Shown piece by piece: positions 1-10,028 of a DNA stretch of 64,000 bases. The position numbers were made by a program, and so were the translations under genes. How positions within the stretch are numbered: the stretch's first letter is position 1; the number at the start of each line of letters is the position of its first letter. The notes under the pieces are model-generated. The model was not told the DNA's origin. It saw nothing but the letters and a program-made list of their open reading frames with translations, and ran no database searches. This stretch comes from Cytophagaceae bacterium. Lineage in GTDB: Bacteria; Bacteroidota; Bacteroidia; Cytophagales; JAIYAX01. The DNA is taken from assembly GCA_027488815.1 (NCBI GenBank), contig JAIYAX010000026.1, positions 15,812 to 79,811 of the forward strand, in the 5' to 3' direction.

Positions 1-327
1 TCTGGCATCAATTTTCAAACGGTTCCCATGGCTCTGAAAGACAAGTAACTTTTCAAGATTGGGCAGTGGAGGCAGCCTGTAGTTCATCTGTTGAAGCTCT
101 TCCCCACTGAAGGCCAGCTGCCGCACGCTATCAGCAGATCGGCTATTCAATTCATTCACGAACACATAGCCACTTCTTTTTAGAGTTTGTAAATAATAAG
201 TCTGATCTTTAGATTGGGCAAAAAGCAGCCCTGAAAAAGCCGTTTGAGTACCCAAAAGCAGAACAAGTATCCAATGGGCAGGCTTTGTTTTTTTGTTTTT
301 CAGGTGTGGATAAATGCTCAGGGACAT
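1..327 (-). CDS. Partial CDS (N-terminal 109 aa, runs off the window edge): putative secreted protein of unknown function
   Basis: Manual minus-strand translation from the ATG at 327 gives MSLSIYPHLKNKKTKPAHWILVLLLGTQTAFSGLLFAQSKDQ... and stays open to position 1 (327 nt = 109 codons). The basic n-region plus hydrophobic core resembles a signal peptide. It is absent from the ORF track because there is no stop inside the window. Confidence 0.4.
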   Translation of the reverse strand, partial: MSLSIYPHLKNKKTKPAHWILVLLLGTQTAFSGLLFAQSKDQTYYLQTLKRSGYVFVNELNSRSADSVRQLAFSGEELQQMNYRLPPLPNLEKLLVFQSHGNRLKIDAR

Positions 328-377
328 AGGGGCGGCGCTTCGTATTTTGTACCAATGATAGGCATAAATTATGCTAA

Positions 378-2360
<1,983 letters not shown>

Positions 2361-2386
2361 TTGGCAAGTGATTTGAAGTCAGAGGG

Positions 2387-2411
2387 AGGGTTCATTTCAG
2401 AACCCTTTTTC
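2387..2411 (+). terminator. Intrinsic terminator after gyrB
   Basis: Hairpin AGGGTTC-ATTTCA-GAACCCT followed by a T-run (TTTTT), 27 nt after the gyrB stop. Confidence 0.6.
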
Positions 2412-2419
2412 ATTGAAAT

Positions 2420-4558
2420 ATGAGGCCTATGTCGCAATCTACCGAAACACCTGTGCTCGACAAAACAGAACAACAGATCTTCAAAAGCAAGTTCTTGTCA
2501 AGAGACCTGAGCTGGATACAGTTTAACCGCAGGGTGCTTGATCAGGTGAACAACGAGAACAGAAGCATCTTTGAAAAACTGATGTTTCTCACAATCACCT
2601 CTTCCAATATGGATGAGTTTTTTACCATCAGGCTAGGCAGTTTGTACAATTACATTGATTTCGACAAAGAGCGCATTGACTACTCCGGCCTTAGAGAAAT
2701 TCCATTCAAGAAGAAGCTTTTAGGAGACGTTCAACAGTTTTTTGCTGACCAGCAACAGGTATTTTGGGATAAACTGGAGCCTGAGTTTAAGGCACAGGGC
2801 TTCAGCATTGCAGTGATAGACCAACTGACGGAAAAGGAAAAACTGAGTGTTTCCAATTACTTCATGAAAACTGTTTTTCCCATGCTTACCCCGATGGTGT
2901 ATGACAGTTATCATTCCTTCCCGATGCTGATGAACAAGCTGCTCATATTTGGGGTTGTGACCCGAAGCAGTGAAGATATAAAGCAGCAGAAGAAGCTTTC
3001 CTTTGTCCAAATACCTCAGAATTTACCCCGTTTTTTTGAAGTGGAGCGTTCGGACACTCTGCTCTTTGTTCCCATCGAGCAAATCATCCGTTGGCAGATA
3101 GCCAAGTTGTTCAGGAACATTGAGATACTGTCGGTAAACCTGTTTCGCATCACCCGTAACGGAGACTTTACGCTGGAAGAGAGTGACGATCTGGAAGCGG
3201 ATTTTATTGAAGAATTGAGACGAAAGCTGAAGACCCGCAAAACGGGAAGGGTCGTGCGCATCGAGACTGACGCCAATCCCTCCAACTGGATGCTGAAAAT
3301 TCTCAAGCAGCGATGGGAGCTCAACGACGATAACATTTTCAGCTCTTCTGCCCCGCTCGATTTCACGGGCCTCAGCCAGATCATACGTCACCCGGCGTTC
3401 AAGTCGAAAATGAAGCCAAGACCCAGTCAGGTGCCACCTATTGGGCACAGTGAGCAGCTCAAGGATGATATTTTTGAGTTTCTGAAGCAGAAGGACATTC
3501 TGCTCCATCATCCTTACAATAGCGTTCAGCCGGTCATTGATCTGATCGAGCGCTCGGCAGAAGACTCGGGGGTATTGGCCATTAAAATCACCATTTACCG
3601 CTTGGCAAAGAGCTCCCGGGTGACCGCAGCCTTGTTAAAGGCGGCTGAAAATGGGAAGCACGTCTCGGTATTGTTTGAACTCAAAGCTCGTTTTGACGAA
3701 GAAAACAACATCAGAGAAGCCCAGAGACTGCAAAAGGCAGGTTGTTTTGTCATCTTCGGCTTTGGCTCGCTGAAGACCCACACCAAATTGATGCTCATAG
3801 TTCGGAAAGAAGAGGAGAAAGTTACCCGATATGTGCATTTGTCATCTGGTAACTACAATGAAGACACCTCTAAACTTTATACAGATGTAAGCTTGCTGAC
3901 GACCAATGAGGTCTATGCGCAGGATGTATCAGAGTTTTTCAATGTTATTACCGGGCATAGCAGCCCAAGTTTCTATCAGAACCTGATCACTGCGCCAAGG
4001 GATATGCGCAACAAAATGATTGATTTGATCAGACAAGAAGAAAGCAATGCGAAGAAAGGGCTGGCCTCGGGTATCGTGATCAAAATCAATTCACTGGAAG
4101 ACAGGCAGGTGATTGATGCATTGTACAAAGCAAGTCAGGCGGGAGTAAGGGTCCAATTGATCGTTAGGGGTATCTGTTGCCTTCGACCGGGACGCAAGGG
4201 GCTCAGTGAAAACATTAGCGTTAAATCCATAGTAGGCGATTTTCTGGAGCATGCCAGACTGTTCTATTTTCACAACAATGGCAACCCATTGGTTTATGGA
4301 GGCAGTGCTGATGTGATGGTAAGAAGCTTTGAACGAAGGGTGGAGTCTATGTTTATGCTGTTAGACCCTTCCACTAAGTTACAGGCCATCACCATCCTGC
4401 AGTTTAACCTGCGAGATAATTACAACTCGTATGTGTTGCTTGAAAGTGGCAATTACCTGAAGATGATCCCAGATGAAGGTGAAGAAACCTTCAACATTCA
4501 TCAGGAGTTTTTCAATTTAAACAAATCCAGACTGGTCGAGCAGCCGGTATTGGTTTAG
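2420..4558 (+). CDS. ppk1: Polyphosphate kinase 1
   Basis: 712-aa ORF with the PPK1 N-terminal motif (FLSRDLSWIQFNRRVL), the autophosphorylation His context (SLKTHTKLMLIVR) and a C-terminal PLD-like domain (GSADVMVRSFERRVE). Confidence 0.95.
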   Translation: MRPMSQSTETPVLDKTEQQIFKSKFLSRDLSWIQFNRRVLDQVNNENRSIFEKLMFLTITSSNMDEFFTIRLGSLYNYIDFDKERIDYSGLREIPFKKKLLGDVQQFFADQQQVFWDKLEPEFKAQGFSIAVIDQLTEKEKLSVSNYFMKTVFPMLTPMVYDSYHSFPMLMNKLLIFGVVTRSSEDIKQQKKLSFVQIPQNLPRFFEVERSDTLLFVPIEQIIRWQIAKLFRNIEILSVNLFRITRNGDFTLEESDDLEADFIEELRRKLKTRKTGRVVRIETDANPSNWMLKILKQRWELNDDNIFSSSAPLDFTGLSQIIRHPAFKSKMKPRPSQVPPIGHSEQLKDDIFEFLKQKDILLHHPYNSVQPVIDLIERSAEDSGVLAIKITIYRLAKSSRVTAALLKAAENGKHVSVLFELKARFDEENNIREAQRLQKAGCFVIFGFGSLKTHTKLMLIVRKEEEKVTRYVHLSSGNYNEDTSKLYTDVSLLTTNEVYAQDVSEFFNVITGHSSPSFYQNLITAPRDMRNKMIDLIRQEESNAKKGLASGIVIKINSLEDRQVIDALYKASQAGVRVQLIVRGICCLRPGRKGLSENISVKSIVGDFLEHARLFYFHNNGNPLVYGGSADVMVRSFERRVESMFMLLDPSTKLQAITILQFNLRDNYNSYVLLESGNYLKMIPDEGEETFNIHQEFFNLNKSRLVEQPVLV

Positions 4559-5409
4559 GGGACCAGTTTTATCTTCCTTGCTTGCAGGATTTCCCTGTTG
4601 CTGCTGGTGTTGATAGCAACCATCGGTATGAAATGCACATGCCGGTGGTTGATGAAAGCAGGTAAAGTGAAGTTGAACGTCTTTGCAATGGTCTGACCTA
4701 CAGATGCAGAGCTAACAGTTAAGGCCTCTCCCCAGGTCCCGTTAAGCGAACCCCTTAGCATATAGCTGTGATAATAGTTTTGAACCGTTCCCAATGGTGG
4801 CTTATGTAGCTGTGGACTGAGCACACTATCTTCAGTGTAATAAACCATAAGATTAAAGGGGCCACTGCCGGGATTACTTTCAACCTTTATTTTTACGGTT
4901 AGATTGAGTACTCTGGTGCTGGTATCGTAGTCCAGGGTATCTGTCATGGAAAACGGGCTTTCCAGGCTAACCAGTCGTTGTACTTCTGTTGGCCAATTAG
5001 GGTAGCTTACTTTCCAGAAATTATTGACTCGACGTCGGTTAACTGTGCCAGCGGGTAAGACTCCGTTGATGCCAAAAAACTGATCAATTTCATTCCCGAC
5101 TGACGTTTTAAAATTAGCAGGGAAATCAGGCGGGTTTGGATCCGCAAAAAAGCCTACATGAGGTGCAATCACGATCAGCCTTGAGCCGTAAAGTTTCTCC
5201 AGATTTTTTGCAGTCTTGGTAGCATCAGGACAGTTGGAACAGGTTTGGCCGGTATAATCCTCCAGCACAATTGCTCTTTTCCCAACGATAGTGACCGTAT
5301 CTTCTGGGTTTAAGTTATTCGATTGAATAGGGTTTGCGACTTCATCACAGCCTATGAGGCTCAATGCAAATGCAACTAAGAGGGTGAATTGAAGCTCGTA
5401 TCTCATCAT
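4555..5409 (-). CDS. Omp28-related thioredoxin-like outer-membrane lipoprotein with a CxxC motif
   Basis: The ORF-track ORF runs to 5481, but the plausible start is the ATG at 5409 (MMRYELQFTLLVAFALSLIGC, lipobox LIGC). That start overlaps the upstream gene's stop (TGATG). It carries the motif AIVLEDYTGQTCSNCP, shared with the two T9SS proteins at 7678 and 10029. Confidence 0.7.
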   Translation of the reverse strand: MMRYELQFTLLVAFALSLIGCDEVANPIQSNNLNPEDTVTIVGKRAIVLEDYTGQTCSNCPDATKTAKNLEKLYGSRLIVIAPHVGFFADPNPPDFPANFKTSVGNEIDQFFGINGVLPAGTVNRRRVNNFWKVSYPNWPTEVQRLVSLESPFSMTDTLDYDTSTRVLNLTVKIKVESNPGSGPFNLMVYYTEDSVLSPQLHKPPLGTVQNYYHSYMLRGSLNGTWGEALTVSSASVGQTIAKTFNFTLPAFINHRHVHFIPMVAINTSSNREILQARKIKLVP

Positions 5410-7094
5410 CAAAACGTTTTGGTGATTTGTATCGTTGCACCATTGGTGGCAGGTACTACACGGCAAATTCCGCCAACACAAAGCACTCCTTGCCGCTGCC
5501 GACCATAGGAAAACTGTATGCGCATGCCCTCTTTGGTGTAACCGAAAGAACCTAGCAAATAATGTACCCTTCGGCTTTCATTAGGGTTTCCATAATTGTA
5601 TTGGTCCAAAACAGCAAAAAACCAATGCGGTGAAACGGTGTATTCGACTAAACCCATGCCCCAGCTTCCCTGATCCTGAGCGGTCTCAAGCACTTGTCCT
5701 TCAAATCGAATGGCATGACTGCTATTGATTTTATAGGTGAAATCTGCTACAATGATATTGGCTTTCACAAGTGTGCCTCTGGCATCACCTAGAGTAAGTC
5801 TCGTATCGTTTTCGGTGTACATAAACATCAAATTCATTTTCAACTTACTGCTGAGCTTCTTTCTGAACTCAATGTTATAATCTCTGAAAATGGTCTGTTT
5901 TCCCGGTCTGAAAAGAGAATTGTTGTAAGATATCTTTTTCTGTTCCGCAGTAATTGAGTCTGTAGGTGTACGATATGGTGTATTTACCGCAGACATATTG
6001 ATGACAAAGTCAGCACCGTATCGACCTCCTAAAAATGTGTTTTTGGGGATGCGGTAACTAAGCTCATATTGTCCGCCAATTTCACCCAAGGGTTGCACAG
6101 CGTAGGGGTAGATACTTGCTGCCAGGTTGTACGTATGCTGCTTCACCAAGGCAGGTAGGAAGTTGATAAAGAGGATATTGGGATCTTGAGCTCCCCTGTC
6201 GGAGCGAAACTCCATATTATCAGCACTCTTAAAGCCTAGGCTGATGCCCAAGCCGGAAACAGAATAGCTGCCCTGGAGCAAAAGAACCCGCCCACGGTTG
6301 TAAATGAATTTGTTGGTGCCTGAGGGGTCATTGTTTTTTACAGCGTATTCCCCGCTAAACTGTGCCGCACCTTTTTGAACAGTAAGCCTTCCTGCTCCCG
6401 TAGCGACATTCAATGGGAAATTAAAGGTAGGATCCTGATCTTCCTGGTATCGGCTGACGAAACTTCCTCCGGTGGTGATCATCCATCCTGCCTCAGCAAG
6501 AGGCTCATACAGCTCATGTACAGCTACTTCTCCGTCCCCACCTCTCACAATTCCGGGCCCAAGTGACCAGTAAAACCGCTGTTTGCCAAATAAGCCTTTG
6601 AGATATATTCCTTTCATTGGAGCATATCGTACCCTAAATCCTTCCAGAGAATTGTCTAGGCCTAGATTTCGATCTTCAAAAACCCGCAGGGTAAGACCAT
6701 TACCAAATTGCTCATAAAAATTCCCCAGCGTAATTTCCATGTTGTCATCCATATAACTAGCGAATTTATAGGGGATACCACTTCTACCTCCGCCGTCGTT
6801 AAAACCCTGATCAATCCCTAGCAAGGCTTTTTCATAGCTTTCAAAACGTACCCCTCCTGTGAATTTGCCTCGAGTGTAAATCAGATTTCCAACACCCATA
6901 AACCTCATACGTTCATCCACTTTTACAGCCCCTATGGTAGAGTCCTGACGGTAATACTGGGCATCAATGGTGAAATTTCCACGAATTTCACCTCCCAAAA
7001 GGTTGGAGTCATTGGATTGGGCAAATGCTCTGGTGCAGAGAAAATAAAAAAATAACAGGCCGGAAAGCCTGATGAAAAAAATAGGCATGTTCAA
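5409..7094 (-). CDS. Outer-membrane beta-barrel protein (DUF6029-like), unknown function
   Basis: 561 aa with a signal peptide ending AFAQ, alternating [14 protein letters not shown] sequence throughout and a C-terminal aromatic residue (..IQITKTF). A Cys pair (CVGGIC) sits about 20 aa from the C-terminus. The family name is recalled from memory, not searched. Confidence 0.6.
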   Translation of the reverse strand: MNMPIFFIRLSGLLFFYFLCTRAFAQSNDSNLLGGEIRGNFTIDAQYYRQDSTIGAVKVDERMRFMGVGNLIYTRGKFTGGVRFESYEKALLGIDQGFNDGGGRSGIPYKFASYMDDNMEITLGNFYEQFGNGLTLRVFEDRNLGLDNSLEGFRVRYAPMKGIYLKGLFGKQRFYWSLGPGIVRGGDGEVAVHELYEPLAEAGWMITTGGSFVSRYQEDQDPTFNFPLNVATGAGRLTVQKGAAQFSGEYAVKNNDPSGTNKFIYNRGRVLLLQGSYSVSGLGISLGFKSADNMEFRSDRGAQDPNILFINFLPALVKQHTYNLAASIYPYAVQPLGEIGGQYELSYRIPKNTFLGGRYGADFVINMSAVNTPYRTPTDSITAEQKKISYNNSLFRPGKQTIFRDYNIEFRKKLSSKLKMNLMFMYTENDTRLTLGDARGTLVKANIIVADFTYKINSSHAIRFEGQVLETAQDQGSWGMGLVEYTVSPHWFFAVLDQYNYGNPNESRRVHYLLGSFGYTKEGMRIQFSYGRQRQGVLCVGGICRVVPATNGATIQITKTF

Positions 7095-7096
7095 AT

Positions 7097-7627
7097 TTAC
7101 TCCTTGGGCTGTTCAGTCAGTTTTTTGATTTTTTCATATAGTTTCATTTCATCGCCCTCGGTATAAGAGTTATGCTGATGAACCATATTTCCTTTGCCAT
7201 CGAAAAGAAAAGTGTGCGGGATGTTATTTACGTTCATGGCCCTTTTCAAGTCCTGATTTTGATCGATATACACTTCATAACTCCAGCCTTTCCCATTCAC
7301 AAGCGGGGCAACTTTGGCAATATTACGACTATCATCAATGGACACGGCGATGATTTTAACGCCTGTTTCTTTCACCCAATCCTCATAAACATCTGAGATG
7401 TTGATCAACTCATTGATGCAGGGTTTACACCAGGTCGCCCAAAAATTAAGCACATAAGGCTTACCATCGTTTCCAAAGCTGGCGCTATTTACATTGGCCC
7501 CTTTAAGGTCTTTGACAATAGCAGCAGGAAGTCTTTTAATATCGGGCTCAGCTTGCGCTAAAACAATGGAATTAGCCGTGCCAAGGATAATGATCAACAG
7601 AATTAGAGCGAGAGCAGATTTCTTCAT
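7097..7627 (-). CDS. TlpA-family periplasmic thiol:disulfide oxidoreductase
   Basis: 176 aa with signal peptide MKKSALALILLIIILGTANSIVLAQA and a thioredoxin-fold active site (FWATWCKPC). It ends 2 nt before the next gene. Confidence 0.9.
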   Translation of the reverse strand: MKKSALALILLIIILGTANSIVLAQAEPDIKRLPAAIVKDLKGANVNSASFGNDGKPYVLNFWATWCKPCINELINISDVYEDWVKETGVKIIAVSIDDSRNIAKVAPLVNGKGWSYEVYIDQNQDLKRAMNVNNIPHTFLFDGKGNMVHQHNSYTEGDEMKLYEKIKKLTEQPKE

Positions 7628-7633
7628 AGGGCA

Positions 7634-7668
7634 TAAAAAACCCGGGAAGGGTTGTGCACTTCCCGGGT
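7634..7668 (-). terminator. Intrinsic terminator (minus strand) after the 7678-9375 gene
   Basis: Stem ACCCGGGAAG / CTTCCCGGGT with a 9-nt loop. Read on the minus strand it is followed by TTTTTT. Confidence 0.6.
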
Positions 7669-7677
7669 GAGGTTGAT

Positions 7678-9375
7678 TTATTTACTTAATTCGATTTTTC
7701 TAACTACTTGCTTTCCATCTTGACTGAGGCGTATCAGATACATGCCTCCAGCCAATTGGCTCAGGTCAAGCTCTCTTACGAATAACTCGCCATTTACTTG
7801 TCCGTCCTGAACATTCATCACTTCCTGACCCATCAGATTGTAGACCTGAAGAGCGATTTGAGCAGTACCATTTAAGGGTAATTCAATTCGAACTAAGCCG
7901 CTTGAAGGGTTTGGATAAACCGCTAGTTTGCCACCGCCAAGCTCATTTTCCAGTCCTGAAACACCATTTATTTGGAAAAATTTACGATCAGCGGACGTGA
8001 AACTTCCACCTGTGTAAACATTAACTCCGTTATGCCTCAAACGATAATATCCTGCCCCAAATCCGCAGCAAATGCCATCGCCATAAGAATCCAGAATAGT
8101 GAAATTGATACACTGACCTTGTGGCAATGTCCATGTTTGCGTGGGTTGAACCTGAATGGTATTAGAGGCCAAATTAGTATAAGGACCACCACTATAAAGC
8201 ACCGTTGCAGTATTGTCAGTAAGGCTCCAGGTGGTTTCTGAACCATAACGATCAGTAGCTAATTCAAACGTAAAGGTGCTGCTGGACAAAGTCAATTGGT
8301 CAATCACAGGAGCTGTGTAGTTGTAGGTGATGGCCATCGTATCGTTAGCCTGATTAAGATCAACGACATTGTTGACATTTGATAAATAGGCCAGGTAATT
8401 GTTTGCTCCATTTACCATAGATAGGGTGGGCAATACAATATTAGCTGATGCACCTGGAGCAAGAAAGCCAGCCCAGGGCTGTGAAGCCACAGTTGCACCG
8501 TTTACAGCATAATTGATAGTAGCTGATGTCAAATTGGTGCTTCCATTGTTACGAATTCTCAGTCTCTGTGTAAAGTTGCCTGAACAGCTGCTTGATGGCT
8601 GATCAACGATACGTGTTAAACTTGCTTCTGTGCCTGTGATAGTTGCCAGGCCGGTATATCCTCCTTGGATGATTTCCTTGGTAGCATTATTCTGAATAAA
8701 GCCAACTACTTCAATGTTTGCCCTATTGTACACATTCGTCATGTTCCAGCTGGCACTTACAGACATGGAGTCGTTTACTGCCATTGTACCCGGTACTGTG
8801 GTACCTAACTGAGTTGGAAGCATTTGCTTCATCACATTATGGAAGCCTAATTCACCATTGCTGCCTGGAGGCGTTTGAAAGATGATCTCTTTTTCAACAA
8901 CAAGCAATTGCAGGACAGCATTTACTGAGCTGGCACCCACTTTCTTGATTTTAGCATTGACTTCAATGCTGTTGCCGTTAATGGTTTTGGTAACCGTCAG
9001 TTCATATGGACTGGTAACAGCGTGTCTGTTGTTGATATTGGTTTGGTTAATGGATCCTGGAGAACCGGATACTACATTACCATCCATTCTGACACTAGGA
9101 ACTCCGCTAACGTTGTAATAGGTCACTCTGTTAGCTACCTGAGTAGGGTTGTGGGCATTCATCGGATCGACACCAGGCCAAGAAGTCTGGTATTTGATGG
9201 GAACGACTTTGGTCGTATTTTGATCTAACAAGGCCTTTAAGGCAGGATTTTGAACAGCACATGGGCCACAGGAAGCCTGAGTAAAGTGCTCGACAACAAT
9301 TAAGCGTGGGGCTTGAGCGTAGGAAAACGACAATACTCCAGCCATTGCACAGAGGGTAAGTAGAATTTTCTTCAT
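7678..9375 (-). CDS. T9SS-sorted secreted protein with an N-terminal Omp28-like CxxC thioredoxin-like domain
   Basis: 565 aa with a signal peptide. It has the motif LIVVEHFTQASCGPC, a CARDB-like middle segment and a Cys-rich module (TDRYGSETTW...DSYGDGICCGFGAGYY). The C-terminal sorting-domain-like tail reads LAVYPNPSSGLVRIEL...GMYLIRL...RKIELSK. Confidence 0.75.
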   Translation of the reverse strand: MKKILLTLCAMAGVLSFSYAQAPRLIVVEHFTQASCGPCAVQNPALKALLDQNTTKVVPIKYQTSWPGVDPMNAHNPTQVANRVTYYNVSGVPSVRMDGNVVSGSPGSINQTNINNRHAVTSPYELTVTKTINGNSIEVNAKIKKVGASSVNAVLQLLVVEKEIIFQTPPGSNGELGFHNVMKQMLPTQLGTTVPGTMAVNDSMSVSASWNMTNVYNRANIEVVGFIQNNATKEIIQGGYTGLATITGTEASLTRIVDQPSSSCSGNFTQRLRIRNNGSTNLTSATINYAVNGATVASQPWAGFLAPGASANIVLPTLSMVNGANNYLAYLSNVNNVVDLNQANDTMAITYNYTAPVIDQLTLSSSTFTFELATDRYGSETTWSLTDNTATVLYSGGPYTNLASNTIQVQPTQTWTLPQGQCINFTILDSYGDGICCGFGAGYYRLRHNGVNVYTGGSFTSADRKFFQINGVSGLENELGGGKLAVYPNPSSGLVRIELPLNGTAQIALQVYNLMGQEVMNVQDGQVNGELFVRELDLSQLAGGMYLIRLSQDGKQVVRKIELSK

Positions 9376-9478
9376 TCGGATTTGTTGTTTTGTTTAAATG
9401 GAAACAAACACAAACGTACACATTATTCAGCTTTCAAAAAAAAATCTCATCTTTGTGGCCTACCTATTGTAACATCAC

Positions 9479-9964
9479 ATGAATTCTGCCCTTTTTGCCA
9501 AATTTAATTCCGTTGCTCTTTTAGTGCTTTCAGCCATTTTCTTTACTGCTTGCGGTGGAGATGACCCCAAAATAGAAGATGTTACGCCGACTTCTTCCAA
9601 ATCCATTAAATTGGAAAATATACAAGACAGCATCGCAGCTCCTGCGTCAAGATCACTGATAGAAGCCAGATTGAATGTTCGCAACACCTCTACGGTAAGC
9701 AAGTCAATCAAAGTAAAGCGATATGAAATATCCGTGATTGAAGGTACTGACAACAGCATTTGCTGGGGGGCTTTTTGCTATCCTCCAAACATAACCGAAA
9801 CGCCCGATTACCAGACCATTTCTCCAAATGGTATTGATACCACCTTTAAGGCTGATTATATTCCTAAAGGAATTACCGGAGTTTCAAAATACATGTATGT
9901 GTTTTTTGACAAAGACAGTCCAAAAGACTCTTCTTATGTGGTGATTACCTTTAATGGTCAATAG
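9479..9964 (+). CDS. Small lipoprotein, unknown function
   Basis: 161 aa with lipobox FFTAC followed by GGDD, beta-rich sequence and a single Cys pair (ICWGAFC). It is divergent from the 7678 gene and convergent with the 10029 gene. Confidence 0.55.
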   Translation: MNSALFAKFNSVALLVLSAIFFTACGGDDPKIEDVTPTSSKSIKLENIQDSIAAPASRSLIEARLNVRNTSTVSKSIKVKRYEISVIEGTDNSICWGAFCYPPNITETPDYQTISPNGIDTTFKADYIPKGITGVSKYMYVFFDKDSPKDSSYVVITFNGQ

Positions 9965-9983
9965 TGAAAAGATTATCAAAAAT

Positions 9984-10009
9984 AAAAAAGGGGCTTTAGG
10001 CCCCTTTTT
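9984..10009. terminator. Bidirectional intrinsic terminator
   Basis: AAAAAAGGGGC-TTTAG-GCCCCTTTTT lies between convergent genes, with an A-run on one side and a T-run on the other. Confidence 0.65.
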
Positions 10010-10028
10010 CGTTAATGATACGATCAGA

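Noticed and set aside
3023-3511. Long antisense ORFs inside well-supported genes. Examples are 3023-3511 and 3016-3384 in ppk1, 16220-16636 in metH, 11635-12018 in the T9SS protein gene, 33298-33744 opposite the K/E/Q tail, 51865-52221 in the regulator gene, and 59689-60075 in purB.
   Set aside because: All lie wholly within stronger opposite-strand genes that have clear family motifs. Their translations are low-complexity or Ser/Arg/Leu-rich, as expected of shadow ORFs. None has its own plausible start context.
5410-5481. The N-terminal extension of the Omp28-like ORF (MCWRNLPCSTCHQWCNDTNHQNVL), which would overlap the upstream beta-barrel gene by 73 nt.
   Set aside because: The internal ATG at 5409 gives a canonical lipoprotein signal peptide and a classic TGATG stop/start junction. 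The Cys-rich extension is most likely untranslated.
9376-9478. An imperfect inverted repeat (GTTTTGTTT..AAACAAAC) and an A9 run in the divergent region between the 7678 and 9479 genes, considered as a regulatory hairpin or operator.
   Set aside because: The pairing requires a bulge and the sequence is low-complexity A/T-rich. It cannot be distinguished from chance by eye.
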